Shown here in pieces: positions 39,716 through 49,365 of a stretch of DNA of 64,000 bases. The notes under the pieces are model-generated. The model did no database searches and had not been told where the DNA came from. It worked only from the letters and a program-made list of their open reading frames with translations. The stretch comes from Arcobacteraceae bacterium. GTDB lineage: Bacteria; Campylobacterota; Campylobacteria; Campylobacterales; Arcobacteraceae. The stretch covers positions 32,001 through 96,000 of the forward strand of contig OY759974.1 in assembly GCA_963662945.1 (NCBI GenBank), in the 5' to 3' direction. Numbering within the stretch: the stretch's first letter is position 1; every line of letters begins with the position of its first letter. The position numbers and the translations under genes are program-made.

Positions 39716-40266
39716 TATTTATTTACATCAATTTGTGCACAAAGAACGGCATCAAGAGTTTTATTAAAAAGTCTGTACATATTTAGAAGTCTTATATCTA
39801 AAGCCTCATCATTACTATCAAGATAAAAACTATTTGATAATTCCTCATCCATAAGCCATAAAAATGGTTGTTTTGATATTTTTGCAAGAGTTGCTCTTTT
39901 ACTTCTACTTTTACCTATATACCAAAAAAAGTATCCATTTGGAAAAGAAGTATCAAGCATATCGTGTATAAGTTGTATATCATTTTCAGTTTTAATATTA
40001 TCAATATTAGAATGAAAAGAGTCAAAAGCATAAAATGGAAAGTAAGGACGAGCAAGTTTCTTTTTATTTATATTTGTAAGAATATATTTCATAAACCACT
40101 CATGCTCATCATCAGTAATAATAAGTACTGATTTACCTTTATCTATAATATTTGTTATAGTTTGAGATACTAGAGGAAGCCAATCAAATTTTCGCTCCTC
40201 TAGCCAAGCACCCAAAAGTTTATCACTTCGTATAGTATCCACAGTCCAATTTGTAAACTCTTGCAA
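39715..40266 (-). CDS. hobA: DnaA-binding replication regulator HobA
   Basis: WLEERKFDW, WYIGK, DIRLLNMYRLF; conserved position between lysC and holB. Confidence 0.85.
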   Translation of the reverse strand: MQEFTNWTVDTIRSDKLLGAWLEERKFDWLPLVSQTITNIIDKGKSVLIITDDEHEWFMKYILTNINKKKLARPYFPFYAFDSFHSNIDNIKTENDIQLIHDMLDTSFPNGYFFWYIGKSRSKRATLAKISKQPFLWLMDEELSNSFYLDSNDEALDIRLLNMYRLFNKTLDAVLCAQIDVNK

Positions 40267-40275
40267 AAAAAATCC

Positions 40276-41487
40276 TTATTTATCTAGCTCATAAGCATCG
40301 TGTAAAGATCTTACAGCTAATTCTGCATATTTTTCTTCAATAATCATTGAGATTTTTATCTCACTTGTACTGATTATTCTTATATTGATATTTTCATTTG
40401 CAAGTGCAGTAAATGCTTTTGAAGCAACTCCTGTATGTGATTTCATACCAACACCAACAATAGAAACTTTACAAATAGAATCATTGTAATCTATTTTTTC
40501 ACTATCTTTTTTAAAGTTTTCCATAACTTTTTTAGCTTTTTCAACATCAGTTGTAGGTATTGTAAAATCTAGATTTGTTTTATTATCAAGTCCAACTGTT
40601 TGTACTATCATATCTACATTTATATTTGCATCTGCAAGTGCTGTAAAAATTGATGAAGCAATTCCTGGCTTATCAATAACTCCATACATACCAACTCTTA
40701 CTTGATTTCTATCAAGTGCAATACCACTAACTACTGGTGCTTCCATTATATTTTCTTCCTTTGTTATTAATGTTCCCTCGATTTCTGGGGTAAAACTACT
40801 TCGTGAAACTAAATTTACATTTAATTTTTTTGCCATTTCTACTGATCTATTTTGTAAAACCTTAGCCCCTAAAGAAGCTAATTCTAGCATCTCTTCATAT
40901 GATATTTTATCAAGTTTTTTTGCTTTTGGCTCTATTCTAGGGTCTGTAGTATAAATACCATCTACATCTGTATAAATCTCACATAAATCAGCTTCTAAAG
41001 CTCCTGCAAGTGCAACTGCAGTAAGGTCACTTCCACCTCGTCCAAGGGTTGTTACTCTAGCATTTTCTACACTTACACCTTGAAAACCTGCTACGATGAT
41101 GATTTTACCTTCTTTAATAGCATTTTGCATATTTGTAGTATCAATAGTTTCAATTCTAGCATAAGTGTGCTCAGAAGTAGTAAAAATACCAGCTTCTCTT
41201 CCACTCATTGAAGTAGTTTTGTATCCTTGCTCATTTAAAGCTATTGAAAGTAGTGCACTTGTCACTCTTTCACCAGAGCTTAGAAGCATATCTACTTCAG
41301 CTTCATTTGGAGTTTTACTATAATATTCAGCAAATTCTATAAGTTTGTTTGTTTCACCACTCATAGCACTTACTACTGCAACTATATCATCACCAGCATC
41401 TCGAAATTTTTTAATAATTTCTGCAACATTTTGGATTCTTTCAAGGGTACCTACACTTGTACCACCAAATTTTAATACTCGTAACAT
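40276..41487 (-). CDS. lysC: Aspartate kinase
   Basis: KFGGTSVG, VVSAM, TLGRGGSD, YTDVDG, two ACT domains (STSEIKIS). Confidence 0.96.
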   Translation of the reverse strand: MLRVLKFGGTSVGTLERIQNVAEIIKKFRDAGDDIVAVVSAMSGETNKLIEFAEYYSKTPNEAEVDMLLSSGERVTSALLSIALNEQGYKTTSMSGREAGIFTTSEHTYARIETIDTTNMQNAIKEGKIIIVAGFQGVSVENARVTTLGRGGSDLTAVALAGALEADLCEIYTDVDGIYTTDPRIEPKAKKLDKISYEEMLELASLGAKVLQNRSVEMAKKLNVNLVSRSSFTPEIEGTLITKEENIMEAPVVSGIALDRNQVRVGMYGVIDKPGIASSIFTALADANINVDMIVQTVGLDNKTNLDFTIPTTDVEKAKKVMENFKKDSEKIDYNDSICKVSIVGVGMKSHTGVASKAFTALANENINIRIISTSEIKISMIIEEKYAELAVRSLHDAYELDK

Positions 41488-41489
41488 TT

Positions 41490-42008
41490 TTAAATATAAC
41501 CTTCTTTTTTAAAATATTTTAATACTTTTTTATACACTGTTCTTTTGAAAAAAGTAATATAATCATGTAACTTTTCAGTTTTAACAAACTTATATTGACT
41601 AAATTCAGGAATTTTTGTTTTTATATTTATCTTGGCACCTTTTTTGAGTTTCACTAAAAAGTATTTTTGTGTTTGCCCATCATAAGGTGCCATTCTTGAA
41701 GCCACAGCAGGGGGAAAGTCATAACTTACCCACTGTGGAAATTCAGCAACAATCTCTACATCATTTGTACCTATCTCTTCTTTTAATTCTCGATATAAAG
41801 CTTCAACGGGTGTTTCACCTTTATCTATTCCACCTTGTGGAAACTGCCATGCATCTTCCACATCAATTCGTGAAGCAATAAATATTTCACAACTCGATGG
41901 ATAAGAAGAAGATAAAACTATTGCTGCTACATTAGGTCTATAATTCTTTTTTTTATTTACTCTTTTTAAAGGAACTATATCGTCGCTTTTTCTGGTTTTA
42001 TCTTCCAT
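41490..42008 (-). CDS. rppH: RNA pyrophosphohydrolase (Nudix)
   Basis: YRPNV, WQFPQGGID.GE ... RELKEEIG, GQTQKYFL; start moved to ATG 42008 because the longer ORF overlaps hemW. Confidence 0.92.
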   Translation of the reverse strand: MEDKTRKSDDIVPLKRVNKKKNYRPNVAAIVLSSSYPSSCEIFIASRIDVEDAWQFPQGGIDKGETPVEALYRELKEEIGTNDVEIVAEFPQWVSYDFPPAVASRMAPYDGQTQKYFLVKLKKGAKINIKTKIPEFSQYKFVKTEKLHDYITFFKRTVYKKVLKYFKKEGYI

Positions 42009-42094
42009 TAAATAATTTACCTTATAATTTCTAAGAAATATCAACTGTGAAGTGATATTGTATATCGCGATGATATCATAAGGATGCTTTAAAT

Positions 42095-43153
42095 ATGCTT
42101 TTATACATACATATTCCATTTTGCGATAGTAAGTGTTTTTACTGTGCTTTCAACTCTTATACTCACTTACATAATTTAAAAAATGATTATATGCTAGCTT
42201 TAAAAGAACAACTTACTTATCAACTAAAATTACAAAATAAACCAATAGAAACAGTTTTTATAGGTGGAGGGACACCTAGTACCATCGAAGCTGTAGAATA
42301 TCAAGAAATTTTTCAAATTATTACTCCTTATATAATACAAAATTGTGAAATAACAATTGAAGCCAATCCCAATTCTGCAACTTTAGATTGGTTGCAAAAG
42401 ATATATAATATAGGTATCAATCGTATTAGTTTTGGTGTCCAAAGCTTTGATGATGAAAAACTACAGTTTTTAGGAAGAAACCACAATAAAACTCAAGCAA
42501 TTGAAGCTATTAAAAATGCAAAAAGAGTTGGATTTGAACATATTAATTGTGACATAATATATGATACAAAATTAGATTCACAACAATTATTACAAAATGA
42601 TTTGGAGATAATAAAAAATCTACCAATTGACCATATAAGTGCATATAGTCTTACTATAGAAGAGGGGACAAAGTTTTTCAATAAAAGTAATGTACAAGTA
42701 GAGAATATAGATTTAGCACACTATTTATTTGAAGAACTCTACAATCTAGGTTTTACACAGTATGAAATCTCAAACTTTGCTTTAAATGAAAAAGCTAGAA
42801 GTAAACATAATCTTGGCTATTGGCAATATAAAGAATATCTAGGAATAGGAAGTGGTGCTGTAGGTTGTATTGATAATAAACGATTTTATAACTTTAAAGA
42901 TGTTATGAAATATATCGTAAATCCTCTTGAATATGAAGATATTGAAAACTTATCTAATGAAGATGTTATTGTAGAAAAAACTTTACTAGGGTTTAGAAGT
43001 GTTGTTGGAGTTAACAAAGAGTTATTCACAGAAATTCAAAAAAATAAACTCAATGATTTAATAAATGGAGAAAAGCTAATTCAAAAAGGGGACAAAGTCT
43101 ATTCAAATAATTTTATGTTAGCAGATGAACTGGCACTTTATTTAGATATTTAG
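42095..43153 (+). CDS. hemW: Radical SAM heme chaperone HemW
   Basis: LYIHIPFCDSKCFYCAF, GGGTPS, EANP, YEISNF, HNLGYW. Confidence 0.9.
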   Translation: MLLYIHIPFCDSKCFYCAFNSYTHLHNLKNDYMLALKEQLTYQLKLQNKPIETVFIGGGTPSTIEAVEYQEIFQIITPYIIQNCEITIEANPNSATLDWLQKIYNIGINRISFGVQSFDDEKLQFLGRNHNKTQAIEAIKNAKRVGFEHINCDIIYDTKLDSQQLLQNDLEIIKNLPIDHISAYSLTIEEGTKFFNKSNVQVENIDLAHYLFEELYNLGFTQYEISNFALNEKARSKHNLGYWQYKEYLGIGSGAVGCIDNKRFYNFKDVMKYIVNPLEYEDIENLSNEDVIVEKTLLGFRSVVGVNKELFTEIQKNKLNDLINGEKLIQKGDKVYSNNFMLADELALYLDI

Positions 43154-43220
43154 AAGTTTTATTAATGATTATTTAGCTATAATTATAGTAATTTAATCAT
43201 AATTATATATGGAGATCGAT

Positions 43221-44456
43221 TTGAGAAAAAAAGAAGTAAAAAAAGTAGTTTTAGCATATAGTGGTGGACTTGATACAAGTATTATATTAAAATGGCTTCA
43301 AGATGAGTACAATGCAGAAGTTATTACATTCACAGCTGACTTAGGTCAAGGTGAAGAGGTAGAACCAGCAAGACAAAAAGCTTTATCTTGTGGAATTAAA
43401 CCTGAAAATATATTTATTCTTGATATTCGTGAAGAATTTGTAAAAGATTATGTATTTCCTATGTTTAGAGCAAATGCAATTTATGAAGGTGAGTATCTGT
43501 TAGGTACTTCAATCGCTAGACCACTAATAGCAAAAAAACAAATTGAAATAGCAAATAAAATGGGTGCAGATGCAGTTTCTCATGGTGCTACAGGAAAAGG
43601 AAATGACCAAGTGAGATTTGAACTTGGATATTTAGGACTAAATCCAGATATTACAGTTATTGCACCTTGGAGAGAGTGGGATTTAAATTCAAGAGAAAAA
43701 CTTTTAGCTTATGCTAGAGAAAATGGGATTGAAATAGCACAAAAACATCTTGATGCAGATGGTAATCCAGCTGTTAGTCCATATTCAATGGATGCAAACT
43801 TACTTCATATTTCTTACGAAGGTCTTCATTTAGAAAATCCAAACAATGAACCAGAAGATTCTATGTGGTTATGGACAACTGATCCAGTAAATGCACCTGA
43901 TACTCCTGAATATATCACTATTGGATACAAAAATGGTGACCCTGTCTCTATAAATGGAGAGGAATTATCTCCAGCAACACTTCTTAAAAAACTAAATGAT
44001 TATGGAAATAAACATGGTATTGGAAGAGTTGATATTGTTGAAAACAGATATGTAGGGATGAAAGCTAGAGGATGTTATGAAACTCCAGGTGGAACTATCA
44101 TGTTAAAAGCACATAGAGCAATTGAGTCTATTTGTTTAGATAGAGAAGAAGCTCATATGAAAGATGGATTAATGCCTAAATATGCAGAACTTATTTATAA
44201 TGGATACTGGTTTTCTCCTGAAAGAAGAATGCTTCAAGCTGCAATCGATGAAACACAAAAATTTGTAGAGGGTGAAGTAAGATTAAAACTTTATAAAGGA
44301 AATGTTTTTGTAGTTGGAAGAAATTCTGCAAATTCACTTTATAGTGAAGCACACTCGACATTTGAAGAAGATGAAGTGTATAACCAAAAAGATGCGGAAG
44401 GCTTTATTAGGCTAAATGCACTGCGACATATTATCGCAGGTAAAAAAAGAAAATAA
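43221..44456 (+). CDS. argG: Argininosuccinate synthase
   Basis: [37 protein letters not shown]; probable TTG start at 43221 after GGAG. Confidence 0.97.
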   Translation: MRKKEVKKVVLAYSGGLDTSIILKWLQDEYNAEVITFTADLGQGEEVEPARQKALSCGIKPENIFILDIREEFVKDYVFPMFRANAIYEGEYLLGTSIARPLIAKKQIEIANKMGADAVSHGATGKGNDQVRFELGYLGLNPDITVIAPWREWDLNSREKLLAYARENGIEIAQKHLDADGNPAVSPYSMDANLLHISYEGLHLENPNNEPEDSMWLWTTDPVNAPDTPEYITIGYKNGDPVSINGEELSPATLLKKLNDYGNKHGIGRVDIVENRYVGMKARGCYETPGGTIMLKAHRAIESICLDREEAHMKDGLMPKYAELIYNGYWFSPERRMLQAAIDETQKFVEGEVRLKLYKGNVFVVGRNSANSLYSEAHSTFEEDEVYNQKDAEGFIRLNALRHIIAGKKRK

Positions 44457-44460
44457 TTTT

Positions 44461-44489
44461 AAGCTAAGGTTTGAGCCTTAGCTTTTTTT
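44461..44489 (+). terminator. Rho-independent terminator after argG
   Basis: Stem AAGCTAAGG / CCTTAGCTT followed by a T run. Confidence 0.85.
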
Positions 44490-44525
44490 ATTATTTCTAA
44501 AAAAAATAATTTTAAAGGTTTTTTT

Positions 44526-45629
44526 ATGAACTATCTTAAGGACTTAGAGCAGATTTGTAAAATAAACTCTTTTACAAAAAATAAACAAGGTGTAGATGAA
44601 GTTGCTTTAGTGATGAAACAATGGCTTAAAACGATTGGATTTGAACTAACAACTTATTTAAGAGACGACATAGGAAACCATCAACTCTTCTCAACTCCTA
44701 AAACAAAAGGCAAAAAGATACTTCTTTTAGGTCACAATGATACAGTATTTCCTGAAGGTACTTTTGATAGTTATCATGAAGATGACAGTTGGGTTTACGG
44801 ACCAGGTGTTTGTGATATGAAGGGTGGAAATATAGTTGCACTTGAAGCATTAAAAGAACTTTATAAAAAAAATGGAAAAATTGAAAATATCGACTTTTTA
44901 CTTGTAAGTGATGAAGAAACGGGAAGTGATGACAGTAAATTTATCACTTTAGAGTTAGCAAAAAACTATGATTATTGTTTTGTTTTTGAAGCAGCTGGTG
45001 AAAACCTTGAAGTTGTAACTGGTAGAAAAGGTGTTGGAACTTATACTATAACAATACATGGTAAAGCTTCTCATGCTGGTACAAGTTATAACAAAGGAAT
45101 CAATGCAAATTTAGAAGCTAGTTATAAACTTCAAGAACTGACAAAATTAACAAATCTTGAAGTTGGAACAACTGTAAATGTAGGAAAAATCACAGGTGGA
45201 ATTGGGGCAAATACAATCAGTCCAAAATGTGAATTGCTTTTAGAGATACGATATAAGCTTAATAGTGAAAGAGATAGACTACTTCATGCTTTAAATAGAA
45301 TCACAAATAAAAGTTATGTAGAGGGTACAACTTCTACCTTAGAAGGTTTGATACAAAGAGATGTAATGGAACCAAATGAAAAGCAATTAGAATTTATCAA
45401 AAAACTTGAAAGTATCACAAATCAAACAATACCAACTGAACAAAGAGGTGGAGTAAGTGATGCAAATCATGTGGCATCTTGTGGTGTAATTACTATTGAT
45501 GGTTTTGGACCATTTGGAGATGGGGATCATACGGTGAATGAAAGAGCTCTAAAAAGTAGTTTTGTTCAAAGAATAGAGATGATGACAAAAATTTTACAAC
45601 ACCATCAATCTAATAATTTTATATTTTAA
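44526..45629 (+). CDS. M20 metallopeptidase (glutamate carboxypeptidase CPG2-like)
   Basis: GHNDTV, GPGVCDMKGG, DEETGS, VFEAA, HAG, GGVSDAN, IDGFGP, HTVNE. Confidence 0.9.
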   Translation: MNYLKDLEQICKINSFTKNKQGVDEVALVMKQWLKTIGFELTTYLRDDIGNHQLFSTPKTKGKKILLLGHNDTVFPEGTFDSYHEDDSWVYGPGVCDMKGGNIVALEALKELYKKNGKIENIDFLLVSDEETGSDDSKFITLELAKNYDYCFVFEAAGENLEVVTGRKGVGTYTITIHGKASHAGTSYNKGINANLEASYKLQELTKLTNLEVGTTVNVGKITGGIGANTISPKCELLLEIRYKLNSERDRLLHALNRITNKSYVEGTTSTLEGLIQRDVMEPNEKQLEFIKKLESITNQTIPTEQRGGVSDANHVASCGVITIDGFGPFGDGDHTVNERALKSSFVQRIEMMTKILQHHQSNNFIF

Positions 45630-45640
45630 AAGGGTAAAGT

Positions 45641-46591
45641 ATGGCAAAAAATAATCGTACAATAGGTACTTGGATTTATCAAAATAGTGGTGGTCCTGAA
45701 ATTGAGCAAAAAATAATAAAAAAACTTAAAGAGAGAGATATAGATACTATTCCATATCTCAACTTACGGTATGCATATTCTAAAAATGGAAAATTATATT
45801 GTCCTCAGGATAAAAAATGGTGTAAGGGTAAATCTAAAAATGTAAAACTAAATGAACTTGATCTATTTTTTTCATACAACGCAGGAGAACAAACACAATA
45901 CCAAGTTTTTTTATACCAAGCATTAAACAGACTCATACCTATGATAAACTCCTATGATGCATTTGCCCTCACTGAAGATAAATTTCAAACATCTTTTGTA
46001 CTTAGAAATAATGGTATTGCAACTGCTGATTATAATCTATGTCATAGGGATGACTCGTATCGACTTAAAAAGATAATTAAAAAATGGGATAAGATGATAT
46101 ACAAACCAACTGATGGTTGGGGTGGTGTTGGTCTTACAAAAATTGAAGATGAGTCCTCTCTTGATATGCTTATGCCATTTTTAAATCAAATGGATTTAAG
46201 ATTTTTCTATGTTGAAAAGTTTATTGATTATGATAATACTGACTTTAGAATTGATATCGTTGATGGTCAGTTTGTAGGATGTTATGGACGAAAAGCTGGT
46301 GGAACTGACTGGCGAACAAATGTAACTAGTGGTGGAAGTGTATTTTTAAGAGAACCAAATGACCAAGTTGTTGACTTGGCAATAAGAGCTGCAAAAGCTT
46401 GTGGTACTGATATTGCTGGTGTTGATATAATTTATGACAGAAAAAAAGAGGAATATATTGTTCTTGAAGTTAATGGAATACCTGCATTTGCAACACCAGA
46501 TCAAGAAAAAATGGGATTAAACTTTAATGACAAAAAAATAGATTTAATAGTAGACTTAATAGATAGAAAAACACAAAAAGGAAAAAAGTAA
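45641..46591 (+). CDS. RimK/LysX-family ATP-grasp ligase
   Basis: KPTDGWGGVG, EKFI, DFRI, DWRTNVTSGG, GVDII, LEVNGIPAF. Confidence 0.88.
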   Translation: MAKNNRTIGTWIYQNSGGPEIEQKIIKKLKERDIDTIPYLNLRYAYSKNGKLYCPQDKKWCKGKSKNVKLNELDLFFSYNAGEQTQYQVFLYQALNRLIPMINSYDAFALTEDKFQTSFVLRNNGIATADYNLCHRDDSYRLKKIIKKWDKMIYKPTDGWGGVGLTKIEDESSLDMLMPFLNQMDLRFFYVEKFIDYDNTDFRIDIVDGQFVGCYGRKAGGTDWRTNVTSGGSVFLREPNDQVVDLAIRAAKACGTDIAGVDIIYDRKKEEYIVLEVNGIPAFATPDQEKMGLNFNDKKIDLIVDLIDRKTQKGKK

Positions 46592-46592
46592 A

Positions 46593-48026
46593 ATGGGATT
46601 AGAGAATAAAAAGCTACCAAAATTAGGATTTTTATATTTAGATTATGTATTGAGATTTTTTGACCACTCAAATTTTAAAGGGTGGCCAAATAAGATAGAA
46701 ACTGTAACATATCACTGGGGAAATGATAAAGAAAGATTTATCAAAGAGGTAAAAAGAAAAAAGATAGAAGTACTTATAGGAAATATTCCTGCTACTGCTT
46801 ATGAAACATTTAGAGAAATCGCACGAGCTTTACCAGAAGTGAGATTTATTCCATCATTAGATACTCAGTTTTCAAATAAATCAAAAGAAAATGTTACACG
46901 ATTTGCATGGAAATATGATTTACCAATACCTAAAACATATATTTATTATAACAGACCAAATGCTGATAAGTTTTTACAAAAAACTCAATATCCAAAAATA
47001 GTAAAAAAATCTTACGGACCTTCAAATTATGGGGGATATTTTGTACATAAAGTTGATAGTTATGAAGAAGCTAGAGCATTATTTGATGAGAAAAAATACC
47101 ATCCAATGTATTTTCAAGATTTTGTACCTATGGAAGCTGATATAAGAGTTATGCTTATAGGACACAAGCCTGTATGTGCATTTTGGAGAAAAGCACCTGA
47201 GGGAGAATGGCTTACAAATACAAGTCAAGGTGGAAGTATGGATTATAATGATGTTCCAAAATCTGTTCTTGATTTAGCTGTTAAGGTTTCTAAAGCTGCA
47301 CGTGCTGAATACTGGGCTTGTGATGTTGCTTATGGGAAAGATGGAAAGGTGAGAATTTTAGAATGTGCTACTGCATTTGCTGCATTTCCATATATTCGAG
47401 ATTGGATTGGTCAATACCTTATGTGGTTATTGAGTGAAGGTAGATTTAGAAAACCACATTGTCCTATGTTTAACTGGGAAGAGTTAGGGAAAATTGATAG
47501 CAGTCTTTTACGAACAATGAGACATATCACTTTTGGTCAATACAATTCAAGTTTCGATGGTGCATATTTTGGTAAAAAGAAAAAAATGTATGGAGAGAGT
47601 GAAGTATATTTACATGAACTTGATGAAACATATAAAATGTACAGTGTAGCAAGAAGATGGAGTGAAGAGTGGCCAAGTGAAAAATGGAACTATCAAGACA
47701 AATTCGCATTGAATAATCTTAAATCAATGAAAGTTCCAAATCTAAAAAATGAAAATGCTCCAAGTCCAACAGGTGAAGATCAACAAAGTGACAGTACTAC
47801 ACCAAAACTAACACAAGAAGAATTAAAAGATGTTTTAACTTCAATAAAAGGTATTGGTGATAAAAAATTCAATAAAATTATCAATAAAATTGGTCAAACT
47901 CAAGAGGTTGTTGGTGTTCTTGAACAAAGTCCATCAATTTTATTGAATATCAAAGGATTTACAAAAAAACTTATTAAAAAAGTTGAGACAAAATGGGAAA
48001 ACTTTAAAAAATCTTTAGAGAAATAG
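46593..48026 (+). CDS. Second RimK-like ATP-grasp protein with a C-terminal tandem helix-hairpin-helix domain
   Basis: KKSYGPSNYGG, QDFV, DIRV, WLTNTSQGG, ACDV, LECAT; P/S/T-rich linker; HhH motifs SIKGIGDKK and NIKGFTKK. Confidence 0.8.
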   Translation: MGLENKKLPKLGFLYLDYVLRFFDHSNFKGWPNKIETVTYHWGNDKERFIKEVKRKKIEVLIGNIPATAYETFREIARALPEVRFIPSLDTQFSNKSKENVTRFAWKYDLPIPKTYIYYNRPNADKFLQKTQYPKIVKKSYGPSNYGGYFVHKVDSYEEARALFDEKKYHPMYFQDFVPMEADIRVMLIGHKPVCAFWRKAPEGEWLTNTSQGGSMDYNDVPKSVLDLAVKVSKAARAEYWACDVAYGKDGKVRILECATAFAAFPYIRDWIGQYLMWLLSEGRFRKPHCPMFNWEELGKIDSSLLRTMRHITFGQYNSSFDGAYFGKKKKMYGESEVYLHELDETYKMYSVARRWSEEWPSEKWNYQDKFALNNLKSMKVPNLKNENAPSPTGEDQQSDSTTPKLTQEELKDVLTSIKGIGDKKFNKIINKIGQTQEVVGVLEQSPSILLNIKGFTKKLIKKVETKWENFKKSLEK

Positions 48027-48031
48027 GTGTT

Positions 48032-49198
48032 ATGCAAAAAAAGATATTAATATTTTCTACGTTTTTATTTACAGGCTGTAGTACAGGTGATATTCAATCT
48101 ATTACTACAGCAGCTCTAAGCAAAAATCCAACAGCAGCCTTTCAAAGTTTAGCTAGAAACAAAACAACCCAATATGCAGTAAATCCAAATCAACTTTTGA
48201 GTGACATTAAAGCTATGGATGCTTTTTTAAAAGATTTTAAAAACAATATTTCAAAATTTTGGGGTGCAGATAATGTGAAAATACCTCAAAAAAAAGAGTA
48301 TGTTAAATATATGCAAAACTATAAAAGTAGGGCACTTATAGATTTTGATAAAGGGATTGTAACTGTTGAAACACTTGATGATACAAATGCTAAAAAAAGT
48401 CTCAAAGATGCTATTGTAACTACCTTATTACTTCCTGATGATCCTAGATCTGCTGATTTATTTGGTTCAAAACCAGTCAAACTTGGAGCAACTCCATATT
48501 TACTTGGGGAAGTAAAAGATGATCAAAATCAAGATATACGATATAGTTGGAGAGCAAATAGATATGCTGATATATTAACAACTACAAAATTTCAACAAAA
48601 AGAGATAACAAAAGATGGGAAAAAAGTTACAGTATCTTATGTAAATATACCTATGGTAAAAGATCATGCAGATATAAGAGTTGCTAAATTTAAACCCATA
48701 GTAAAAAAATACGCAAAAAAATTCCAACTTAGTGAAAACTTGGTATATGCTATTATCCAAACAGAGAGTAACTTCAACCAATTTGCAGTGAGTGGTGCAG
48801 GTGCAATTGGGTTGATGCAAATAGTTCCAACAAGTGCTGGAAAAGATGCCTATCAACACGCTAAAGGGAAAAGTTGGACACCTAGTAAATCTTATTTATT
48901 TAATGCTGAAAATAATATTGAGTTAGGAAGTGCTTATATACAAATTCTAGATGATAAATATCTCAATGGTATCACAAATCCAATCTCTAGAGAATATTGT
49001 GTTATAAGTGCATACAATACAGGAAGTGGAAATGTTTTAAAAACTTTTAATAGCAATAGAAACAGAGCAACTACACTTATAAATAAAAAAACACCGGCAG
49101 AAGTGTATTCAACTTTAAGAACAAAACTTCCTTATGAAGAAACAAGAAATTATCTTAAAAAAGTAGTTACCTATAAAAAACAGTTTGTAAATATCTAA
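48032..49198 (+). CDS. mltC: Membrane-bound lytic murein transglycosylase C-like lipoprotein
   Basis: Lipobox FTGC; SLT motifs AIIQTESNFN, GLMQI, AYNTG, ETRNYL. Confidence 0.88.
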   Translation: MQKKILIFSTFLFTGCSTGDIQSITTAALSKNPTAAFQSLARNKTTQYAVNPNQLLSDIKAMDAFLKDFKNNISKFWGADNVKIPQKKEYVKYMQNYKSRALIDFDKGIVTVETLDDTNAKKSLKDAIVTTLLLPDDPRSADLFGSKPVKLGATPYLLGEVKDDQNQDIRYSWRANRYADILTTTKFQQKEITKDGKKVTVSYVNIPMVKDHADIRVAKFKPIVKKYAKKFQLSENLVYAIIQTESNFNQFAVSGAGAIGLMQIVPTSAGKDAYQHAKGKSWTPSKSYLFNAENNIELGSAYIQILDDKYLNGITNPISREYCVISAYNTGSGNVLKTFNSNRNRATTLINKKTPAEVYSTLRTKLPYEETRNYLKKVVTYKKQFVNI

Positions 49199-49202
49199 AT
49201 AT

Positions 49203-49365
49203 ATAATTCTAGTATGCTATTTTTTTAAGATTAATAAAAAAATTACGCGTGATATGAAGATACATAGCCTAGAATTTAATATCTTTACAACTGAATTTAA
49301 ATACCAAGTAATTAACGTCTAAAGCTATTTTCTTTAATCTTAAAGAAATAGCATACTAGAATTAT
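49203..49365. mobile_element. 163-bp element with 32-bp terminal inverted repeats (MITE-like)
   Basis: ATAATTCTAGTATGCTATTTTTTTAAGATTAA (49203-49234) matches the reverse complement of 49334-49365 at 31/32 positions; no ORF; lies between convergent mltC and queA. Confidence 0.6.

Noticed and set aside
44526-48026. LysW/ArgW carrier-dependent arginine or lysine biosynthesis (ArgX/LysX plus LysK) next to argG
   Set aside because: No small zinc-ribbon carrier ending in EDWGE, no kinase, reductase or aminotransferase partners, and a terminator separates argG from the cluster.
49203-49365. 6S RNA
   Set aside because: The size is similar, but the near-perfect 32-bp terminal stem and the lack of an evident internal stem and central bubble fit a MITE better; not formally excluded.
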